DNA from: Ruminococcus sp.
Lineage (GTDB): Bacteria > Bacillota > Clostridia > Oscillospirales > Acutalibacteraceae
Reading direction: 5' to 3'
Length of the DNA: 64,000 nt
Assembly: GCA_045133455.1 (NCBI GenBank)
Contig: JBGUUJ010000035.1
Span: 2,550-66,549, forward strand
This document shows positions 55,446 to 62,510 of the stretch, one piece after another (position 1 is the stretch's first letter; every line of letters starts with the position of its first letter). A program made the translations under genes and the position numbers. Below the pieces are notes generated by a model. The model was not told where the DNA came from. It saw only the letters and a program-made list of their open reading frames with translations, and ran no database searches.

Positions 55446-56996
55446 TTGCTTTATATACTTTATGGCGGACATACATCTATGGGCAAATCCGCAAGAGATT
55501 TTTTTCGATCCAACGGGGTGAAAATTGTAAAAAAATATCACTACTGTGATTCAACACCAGGACTAACAACTCTGTATGAACCTAGAAACTTTGTTGACGA
55601 GATTACCTTTCTTCGTAATACAGATACATTATTTAGGTATTCACTTGGAAATATACAAGTGGGTTTTAGTCAGGATGATATAATCCAAGCGGTAACCGGA
55701 AATGGAGATTATTTACTAACACTTTCAACCGCCAGGACTGATATTATTAGAAATCTTAAAGAAACTTATAGGAAAAAAGTTGTTGTGATTTTTTCTTATA
55801 CAGATGATGCGACCTTAAGAGAGTATTTTGGTTCTATGGAAATAACGCAGGCAGAGATAGAATTGCGTTGTGCTATTGGAAAGACGGTCAAAGAGTGTTT
55901 TCGCCAAAACTCAGATTTATTTGATTATACAATAATGTACGGAGGAGAGAACAGTATCTTTGATGATGAAAATATTGTGAGTCAGTGCAGGGTACTCTAC
56001 GCTAAGTCTCTAGCTCAAAAGGAAGATAATCAGTCTGATTTGTTAAGTTATGTCATTGAAATCCGCAACACAGTTCGAGAAATGGATATTAATCTGAAAC
56101 GTCTTACTCGGTTTGTGGAAGATGATCTTCAAGAGCACTTAAAAAGGAAAAAGCGTGAGTATGAGTCGGCTTATGGGTTAGCTGATAATGAACCCGCCAT
56201 AGCTTCGTTAGCAGACAGCATTACCAGTTATATAGGCAATCATATCCTACGAACAGATTTTAATGATTTGTTAAGAGAAGAAGAATTGAATTTGAACCGC
56301 TTATTTGGAGAAATATGGGATAAACTATTGCCGAGTACAAAAACTTCCTTGATTTCTGCGAATATCCTTTGGAAAAACTGTCCAAATCAAAATGCCATTT
56401 TTGATTATTCGGGTGTCTGCTTAACAGTTACATCAGCATTGGAAAATGAACTTAAATACTGGTTTTTCACTAAATATCAAGAATACTTAATCCAAAAATA
56501 TGGATCTCCTTCATTGTTGGGGAATGTATATGAAGTTTGGCCGGAGGAACTACTCGACACAAAGTACCATATCTATAAAAATGCGGAAGTCAAGCCAATT
56601 GTCAACTGCGGAGACTTATTTACTTTGGGAAAATTGCCTTTCCTATTTTATAATGAAAAGACTAGAGTAACGCGGGAACGGATGAAAGAGTACCTCGACA
56701 CTATTTTCAAAGAAACATATATGCATCAAAGAGGTGGAACCATCGGAGCCATTGATTGGATTGATTTTCAAAGGCAAAATGGAAAAATATCTTCGATAAG
56801 GGATCCTCATAGTTTTATTAGTGAATGTGAAAACATTAGAAATGTTTACCGAAATCCTGCGGCACACTCGGGTATAGTTGGTCGAAATGATGCTGAGGTT
56901 TGCTACCAGAGAGTAATTGGTCGGGTTGATGCCTACCGACATTGTTCCGAAGTTCAGGGGCTGATAATGACTCTATATAATTATTTGAAAGTATGA
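55446..56996 (+). CDS. P-loop (guanylate-kinase-like) N-terminal domain fused to the same Rx4H (HEPN-like) module
   Basis: Walker A GHTSMGKS 55467-55490; FDYTIMYGG; RNPAAH 56850-56867; C-terminal ~300 aa paralogous to 54171-55052; TTG 55446 lies 8 nt after GGAGG (alternative start 55431). Confidence 0.7.
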   Translation: MLYILYGGHTSMGKSARDFFRSNGVKIVKKYHYCDSTPGLTTLYEPRNFVDEITFLRNTDTLFRYSLGNIQVGFSQDDIIQAVTGNGDYLLTLSTARTDIIRNLKETYRKKVVVIFSYTDDATLREYFGSMEITQAEIELRCAIGKTVKECFRQNSDLFDYTIMYGGENSIFDDENIVSQCRVLYAKSLAQKEDNQSDLLSYVIEIRNTVREMDINLKRLTRFVEDDLQEHLKRKKREYESAYGLADNEPAIASLADSITSYIGNHILRTDFNDLLREEELNLNRLFGEIWDKLLPSTKTSLISANILWKNCPNQNAIFDYSGVCLTVTSALENELKYWFFTKYQEYLIQKYGSPSLLGNVYEVWPEELLDTKYHIYKNAEVKPIVNCGDLFTLGKLPFLFYNEKTRVTRERMKEYLDTIFKETYMHQRGGTIGAIDWIDFQRQNGKISSIRDPHSFISECENIRNVYRNPAAHSGIVGRNDAEVCYQRVIGRVDAYRHCSEVQGLIMTLYNYLKV

Positions 56997-57070
56997 TTTG
57001 CGTTTTGGAAAAATGCTGTTACTGAAACTTTCTTTAGCCTAATCATCTTTTCGCTTCATCCACACGCTGA

Positions 57071-57099
57071 TTGACAAAAACCTGATAAACGAGTATAAT
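57071..57099 (+). promoter_or_regulatory. consensus sigmaA promoter upstream of the XRE gene
   Basis: TTGACA, 17-nt spacer, TATAAT; same GATAAACGA spacer block as 50634-50662. Confidence 0.7.
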
Positions 57100-57203
57100 A
57101 ATTAAACTACACTATTGGTTGAAACTCTGATGATATTTGATAGGTGGAATAGACCGAGGGGGGCTTTTTATAGTCTCCAGTCAATATCAAGGAGGAAAGT
57201 GCT

Positions 57204-57629
57204 ATGGCATTTTTTAACATCAATCGTGTAGAAACCGGCAACCGAATTGTCAAGCGCCGCAAGGCGATGGGGCTGTCCAGAGATGGACTAGCTGATCTCC
57301 TGTGGGGTATTGGTGTCGAGGTATCAATCACTTCCATTGGTAAGTGGGAGCGTGGAGAGTGCGACATTTCTGAAGAACATGCGCGAGCATTGTGTCAGAT
57401 TTTCGGTTGTAAACCCTGCGAGCTGATTGTTGCCCGACTGAGTTTCTACGATGACGAGCGCGATCAGCTCGCCCCTTTAAAGATTACATATTTTCATATA
57501 TTGACGAGCATTTGCTTACGCAGGTGCTCGTCTTTTTTGTTAACTGACGGTTTCTGTGATCTGAACATGAAACGGCTATACTGGGATTATACATTTTGGG
57601 CGGAGGATTGCTTCCATGAAAGTATCTGA
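57204..57629 (+). CDS. XRE-family HTH regulator (C-terminal ~60 aa doubtful)
   Basis: IVKRRKAMGLSRDGLADLL...SITSIGKWERGECDISEEHARALCQIFGC; a perfect terminator hairpin lies inside the ORF at 57503-57538. Confidence 0.65.
   Translation: MAFFNINRVETGNRIVKRRKAMGLSRDGLADLLWGIGVEVSITSIGKWERGECDISEEHARALCQIFGCKPCELIVARLSFYDDERDQLAPLKITYFHILTSICLRRCSSFLLTDGFCDLNMKRLYWDYTFWAEDCFHESI
57503..57538 (+). terminator. intrinsic terminator-like hairpin inside the XRE ORF
   Basis: gacgagca/tgctcgtc 8-bp perfect stem, 14-nt loop, T6. Confidence 0.6.
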
Positions 57630-58272
57630 CGAAGTTGTGTTCTTGGAAGAAGCTTTCGATGTTCTCAATCAGAGATTTTTTGAAAGTGCACTTTCAAGAC
57701 CTGCAATTACCATTCAGAGCACTCCCGGTGCTCATGGTCATTTTACTCCTTATGATGCGTGGGACGACAGCGGTCTCAAGCTAAAGGAAATCAATCTTGG
57801 TGCAGAGTCTCTTCATAGACCTGTTCCGAATATTATCGCTACTTTGATGCATGAGATGGTTCACTATTGGTGCCATTCTCAAGGCATCAAGGATACCAGC
57901 CGTGGCAACACTTATCACAACAAGCGCTTCAAGGAAGAGGCCGAGAAGAGAGGCTTGATTATCACGTCCGCTCCCCTTATTGGATACAGTGTTACACATC
58001 CTGCACCTGAGCTTGTGAGCCTTGTTCAGAATATGGGCTGGGATAACAAGCTTAAGCTTTATCGAAGCCCAAAGGGAAAGCTGGCATCTGGCAAGGCAGG
58101 TGGAAACAATGATCCTGGTGGGGATTCAGATACAAATAATGCACCGAAGAAGAAGTCATCTACCCGTAAGTACATCTGCCCTAAATGTGGGCTTTCCATC
58201 CGTGCAACCAAGACAGTCAGAATAGCGTGTATGGATTGCGGCAACATCCAGATGGAAGAGGCTGCTGCCTAA
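57616..58272 (+). CDS. SprT-like zinc metalloprotease with C-terminal zinc ribbon
   Basis: LMHEMVHYW (HExxH); CPKCG...(x16)...CMDCG. Confidence 0.8.
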   Translation: MKVSDEVVFLEEAFDVLNQRFFESALSRPAITIQSTPGAHGHFTPYDAWDDSGLKLKEINLGAESLHRPVPNIIATLMHEMVHYWCHSQGIKDTSRGNTYHNKRFKEEAEKRGLIITSAPLIGYSVTHPAPELVSLVQNMGWDNKLKLYRSPKGKLASGKAGGNNDPGGDSDTNNAPKKKSSTRKYICPKCGLSIRATKTVRIACMDCGNIQMEEAAA

Positions 58273-58410
58273 AATTCAAAAAATCGGAGAAATGTCAACC
58301 GGTGGTTAATCGTAGTAGCCGAGCTGATCTGATATTCTATACTCACAAAGAAACGGAGGTGATACCGAGTGTACACTTCGGGTTTTAAGTGACGATGCAG
58401 TCATTTCCCT

Positions 58411-58502
58411 GGTGTGTTGAAGAGGTCACGTAGTGGCCAATGCGTGTGTGACGAGTGCTCGAACAGTGCACGGTTCCCGCATGAGTCCCTCTTTGACACA
58501 CC
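58411..58502 (+). ncRNA. closed 92-nt structured domain immediately 5' of hammerhead 1
   Basis: 15-bp closing helix 58411-58425/58488-58502 with 2 G-U on the + strand; inner hairpins 58426-58430/58447-58451 and 58455-58458/58468-58471. Confidence 0.45.
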
Positions 58503-58590
58503 GGCAGTCACGGCTTAGCCGTCTGATGAGCGAAGCATTAGCCGCTTCGACATGGTTAAACATGTTCCCTGAAATGGGGCGAAACTGCCG
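58502..58590 (+). ncRNA. hammerhead ribozyme motif, type III, copy 1
   Basis: Stem III CGGCAGU/ACUGCCG; GUC cleavage triplet (C58509); stem I ACGGC-UUA-GCCGU; CUGAUGA 58523-58529; 51-nt stem II domain; GAA 58581-58583. Confidence 0.75.
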
Positions 58591-58692
58591 ACATTGATCT
58601 AAGAGTCGAGTGCCTTCGTTAACCGATGGTTTATCGACCGACGGATTATAATTAAAACAGAAACATCAGTTTTGTACCTTGACAATTTAATA

Positions 58693-58775
58693 ACTGTCGG
58701 CGGTTACCGCCCTGATGAGCGAAGCTAAAACACTTCAGCATGCACAGCATGTTCCCTGAGATGGGGCGAAACAGT
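58693..58775 (+). ncRNA. hammerhead ribozyme motif, type III, copy 2
   Basis: Stem III ACUGU/ACAGU; GUC (C58698); stem I GGCGG-UUA-CCGCC; CUGAUGA 58712-58718; 49-nt stem II domain; GAA 58768-58770; stems I and III covary with copy 1. Confidence 0.75.
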
Positions 58776-58814
58776 ACAGAGTATATTCACTTTCAACATG
58801 AGGAGGACAAATTC

Positions 58815-59189
58815 ATGAAGAAGATTAATACGAATCACGACAACAAAGACCGTATCATTTGTGTATCCGAAACCGGAAAGCATAAGTTCTATTACCAGCC
58901 TGTAGGTACTAAGGAACGCCTTTGGCTGTTCGATACCAAGAGTTTTTCCGGCTCGGTTTTTGCTTTCTTTCGTAAGTATGGCAGAAACCTTGATGGTATT
59001 GGCTTCAGCATGACTGTAAGTGAACTGCATGAAGCTGGTAACGGTCACAATGTAAAGATTAACAAGATTCTGGATCGCATCCCTGCACAGGTTGAATATG
59101 TGCTTCGTGAGCGTGATGAATTTGTTCAGATGCCTTGTATCACTGCAAAGGCTCATATTCACAATTGCGATTTCGATCGTGCCGCTTAA
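58815..59189 (+). CDS. hypothetical protein (124 aa)
   Basis: ATG 58815 follows GAGGAGG; the ORF-track start 58740 lies inside hammerhead 2. Confidence 0.5.
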   Translation: MKKINTNHDNKDRIICVSETGKHKFYYQPVGTKERLWLFDTKSFSGSVFAFFRKYGRNLDGIGFSMTVSELHEAGNGHNVKINKILDRIPAQVEYVLRERDEFVQMPCITAKAHIHNCDFDRAA

Positions 59190-59205
59190 GAAAGGAGAGA
59201 ATACA

Positions 59206-59838
59206 ATGGGCAATAATAAGACTGCGCTTCCTATGAAGGGTATTCGTACCCCTCGCTTCTTTATTTGGTTCTGTGGCTTTTGGCATGGCAAGGTTATTCA
59301 CACCGGGGGCCTTGATCCGGAGACCAACACCATCGCATCTGGCTATGTAACTGGTCAGATCAAACGCTTCCGTAATGCGTGTGTAACCCGCCGTGAAAAA
59401 GCAGAGGAAAAGCTTAGCAGAGTATGGAGTACTGCAGACGAGCTGCTGATTGACTATGCCGCTGTTACTGCTGCACTTACTGAGTCTGGCAAGAGTCAGA
59501 ACTCTCATAGTGAAAGTAATGCTCAGGCACGTTCCAATGAAAGAGCTGCCGGAAAGCGTGCATCTCGCGAAAACGAACGCCAGAGCATTTTGAAGAACCT
59601 GGCACAGCTTGCAAATGACATCAGAGCCGAGTACGGTTCTGCACACGATCAGATGGAAGCAACGGCAGAGATCCTCTCTTCCACCTTTGCTTGCTATGGT
59701 CACGGTCTGCTGATGAAGCCAATTTATGATTACAATCTTCCTGGTATCACTTATGAAGACTGTGCCCAGCAGATTCTGAATAACCATGAAGATACCTGGA
59801 ATGCCGTTATTTCCATTCTGAAGGAGGTAAAAGAATGA
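59206..59838 (+). CDS. hypothetical protein (210 aa)
   Basis: ATG 59206 follows AAAGGAGAG; no motif recognised. Confidence 0.5.
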   Translation: MGNNKTALPMKGIRTPRFFIWFCGFWHGKVIHTGGLDPETNTIASGYVTGQIKRFRNACVTRREKAEEKLSRVWSTADELLIDYAAVTAALTESGKSQNSHSESNAQARSNERAAGKRASRENERQSILKNLAQLANDIRAEYGSAHDQMEATAEILSSTFACYGHGLLMKPIYDYNLPGITYEDCAQQILNNHEDTWNAVISILKEVKE

Positions 59839-61046
59839 GTATCTTTAACAAGAAGAAGTCTGGAGATTACAGCGTCTTAACTGACAATTACGTTCCGGCA
59901 TCCCTGCCTACTTGTGGTCTGGGACTCGAAAACTTTGTCACTGCTGATTATCCCATGAACAAGTCTGAGATTGTTGAAGCTGGATACCATGATGCAGAGG
60001 CATATCTCTACGGAGTAATTTCAACCTGCGATCATCACTCGGCTGGATCCGAGTGTGACCACTATATCGATGCTGAGACTGAGCATTGTCTCGCTTTACA
60101 TGAGGCAGCAGTTGCCAACAACGAAAACCAGATTGTACGTATCCGCTCTGCACGTGAGATGAGAAAGGCAACTCTCGAACGTAAGATTTCTCCGCTTAAG
60201 GAGAAGATTGCAAAGCTTCAGAAGGAGATTGAGCCTCTCGAAAGTCTGCGTTCTCAGTTCCAGTTCCACATCGGACGGTTTGCTGTTTCTATTGGGCTTC
60301 CGATTACGATTGCAGCCATGATCGTCGATGCAGCGGTGAACTACAGTTTCCTTCAGACGGTGCTTCTTTCCAATGCTACCCTTCTGATGATTACAGTCAT
60401 CTGCATGTCTGTGATGTCTGACGGATCTATGTGGGCTTTGGGAACCTTCCTTTCCCACAGAGGTGAAAAATTCACTTCCAAACCTTTGTTCTGGACCATC
60501 TGTGTCGGTCTTGCAAGTATGTTTATCCTGTCCGTTGTGGCATCTGTTATGGTTCGCTGGGGTTCTATGGATGCTACATATGGAACCATCAATGCTGCGG
60601 GTGAGTTCGTGGGGAAGGAATCTTACTCTTTGGCAGAGTATGGCGTAACACTGATCACAGCCTTTGTAACTACTGCAACCGGACTCCTGTCCTTTGCATT
60701 TTCTCTGGACGAAAACGCCTTCCTTGTTTCCATCCGTGAGCGCAAGAAAAAGGAACAGGCAAAGTGCCTTGCAGAGCTTGAGCCTCTTCTGAATGAACTG
60801 GCTCTTCTCGAGAATGCTCCTGATCCTCAGGAATGGGATGAGCGCAAGCGTGCTGCTGCTGAGCATCAGATTGAAGCTAATCGTCTTGGCTTAAAGCTTC
60901 ACTGCCGCAAGCAGATGACAGTTCGTGTTAACGACCCTGATTTCACTGAGCGTATGGCAGAATCCGGAGAAGCACTCTTGAAAGGAGTGTCTCCTGCCGA
61001 CATTTCTGCCATGCCGACTACTATCGCACTGAATAAGGTATCTTGA
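59835..61046 (+). CDS. membrane protein with coiled-coil segments
   Basis: ATGA overlap with upstream gene; several hydrophobic helices (e.g. FAVSIGLPITIAAMIVDAAV). Confidence 0.55.
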   Translation: MSIFNKKKSGDYSVLTDNYVPASLPTCGLGLENFVTADYPMNKSEIVEAGYHDAEAYLYGVISTCDHHSAGSECDHYIDAETEHCLALHEAAVANNENQIVRIRSAREMRKATLERKISPLKEKIAKLQKEIEPLESLRSQFQFHIGRFAVSIGLPITIAAMIVDAAVNYSFLQTVLLSNATLLMITVICMSVMSDGSMWALGTFLSHRGEKFTSKPLFWTICVGLASMFILSVVASVMVRWGSMDATYGTINAAGEFVGKESYSLAEYGVTLITAFVTTATGLLSFAFSLDENAFLVSIRERKKKEQAKCLAELEPLLNELALLENAPDPQEWDERKRAAAEHQIEANRLGLKLHCRKQMTVRVNDPDFTERMAESGEALLKGVSPADISAMPTTIALNKVS

Positions 61047-61060
61047 AAGGAGAACTGAAA

Positions 61061-62311
61061 ATGAAGAAGATCTTTAAGAACATGTCTCTCGTTGTAGTTG
61101 CTCTGTTAATGGTGATCGGTCTTACTGGATGTGGAGGCTCTGAAGACATTCAGACTTCCAATCCGGTGAATATTGCATTTGTTGTTGGTATTGCTGATGG
61201 CGAAACGAAGCTTAATGAGGGCATTGCTGAACTCGCCACTCTGCCCGCTAACCCGGGTACCGATTATGCCTTCATTTCGGTCGAAAGTGAACCTACTACT
61301 ATTGGCGAACCTGGCACCATCCCCGATCTTTCTGACCGTGGCTATACCGATGTCATGATGGAGCGCGTTCGTGATGGAATCAAAGCCGATCTGACCGATC
61401 GTCTTGAATCTTATGAACCTGTATCTCCTGAAATCGATATGGCGGCTGCAACTGAACTTGCCGTAAGAACTCTGAATGCCCACGCAGTTGAAGGACGCGA
61501 GAACGTGCTTGTATTCTACTGTGGAGGCAAGTCAACCGTTGGCCTGATTAACATGCTTGAAACTCCTGTGTATGAGTTGGATGTTGAGGGTTCTGTTGCT
61601 TCAGTGGCTCAGAAGATGAATGCGGACATGTCTGGTATTGATGTTGTCTGGTATTGCTGCGGTGATTTTGGTTCTGCTCAGCCGAAGCTCTCTGCCAACG
61701 AAAAAGCACAGATGAGATTTTTCTATGAACAGCTTTTCATGGCATTGGGTGCTAAGTCTGTTACCTTTAAGGAGGATTTACCGAGTAATGACTGCTATCA
61801 CTTTGCGGAGACTCCGGTTTCCTGTATGGCTGTCGAAGGAACGGTATCCGGTCTGATGGATTTGACCATTCTGGAGCCTGAGATTTTTGAAGATGCTGAT
61901 GAAACGGTCCTTGAGGCACCAATCGTAATTCCTGAGGAACAGGTACGCTATAAACCTGATTCTGCCGAGTTCCTTGATCCTGATTCGGCGTCAGCGGCTA
62001 TCCAGCCGGTTGCTGATTTCCTTTTGGATCATCCCGAAGTGAACATCCTTCTTTATGGTACTTGTGCCGGCGAGTCTGATTCTGAGTACACTCTTTGGCT
62101 CGGAAAGGCACGTGCCGAGAGTGTTAAAACGGCTCTTATGGAGGCAGGTGTCGATGCTAACCGAATCGTTGCTGTAACTGTTAGGGCTGTGGATGATCCC
62201 TATTATCAGTTCGGTCTGGGCACTGGTGCCGAGGCTAGTGTGAACCGTAAGACGGTGATGATTGACATGTCCACCGAACTTGCTCAGCAGATCATGTCCA
62301 ACGCTATCTAA
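61061..62311 (+). CDS. lipoprotein with OmpA-like peptidoglycan-binding C-terminal domain
   Basis: Signal and lipobox VVALLMVIGLTGC; C-terminus LWLGKARAESVKTALMEAGVDANRIVAV...NRKTV. Confidence 0.7.
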   Translation: MKKIFKNMSLVVVALLMVIGLTGCGGSEDIQTSNPVNIAFVVGIADGETKLNEGIAELATLPANPGTDYAFISVESEPTTIGEPGTIPDLSDRGYTDVMMERVRDGIKADLTDRLESYEPVSPEIDMAAATELAVRTLNAHAVEGRENVLVFYCGGKSTVGLINMLETPVYELDVEGSVASVAQKMNADMSGIDVVWYCCGDFGSAQPKLSANEKAQMRFFYEQLFMALGAKSVTFKEDLPSNDCYHFAETPVSCMAVEGTVSGLMDLTILEPEIFEDADETVLEAPIVIPEEQVRYKPDSAEFLDPDSASAAIQPVADFLLDHPEVNILLYGTCAGESDSEYTLWLGKARAESVKTALMEAGVDANRIVAVTVRAVDDPYYQFGLGTGAEASVNRKTVMIDMSTELAQQIMSNAI

Positions 62312-62510
62312 GTTACAAGGAGGAATGACATATGTAGCTTCTTCTTGTTCTGTTTGTAATCAGCTGTGTTTTCCCCAGCATTGGCACTATGCTGGGGAAT
62401 GGGCTGCTGTCTTTAGCTCCCGTTGCCGAAGCATTTCTTCCCTGTTTGATTGTGCTTGCAGGATTGCATTTACTTATTAAAAGTGTTTTGAAATGAGGAG
62501 GTAGTCAGTT

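Noticed and set aside
55308-55541. Minus-strand 77-aa ORF in the gap between the HTH gene and the P-loop/HEPN-like gene.
   Set aside because: It overlaps the start and RBS of the plus-strand gene, has no RBS, and its translation is implausible.
58530-58580. The CUGAUGA...GAAAC matches might be chance, because stem II is not a simple hairpin.
   Set aside because: This concern was rejected. Both copies have the full core in the correct order, a GUC site, and stems I and III that covary between copies. The unusual stem II domain is itself conserved. Catalytic activity remains untested.
62332-62337. ATG-TAG might indicate a TAG-reassigned genetic code or pyrrolysine.
   Set aside because: TAG terminates well-supported genes in this window (e.g. 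6248-6250 and 11669-11671), and no Pyl machinery is seen.
62262-62480. 72-aa plus-strand ORF overlapping the end of the lipoprotein gene.
   Set aside because: It is in a different frame from the hydrophobic open frame that has the strong RBS, it starts inside the lipoprotein gene, and its translation is Cys-rich and implausible.
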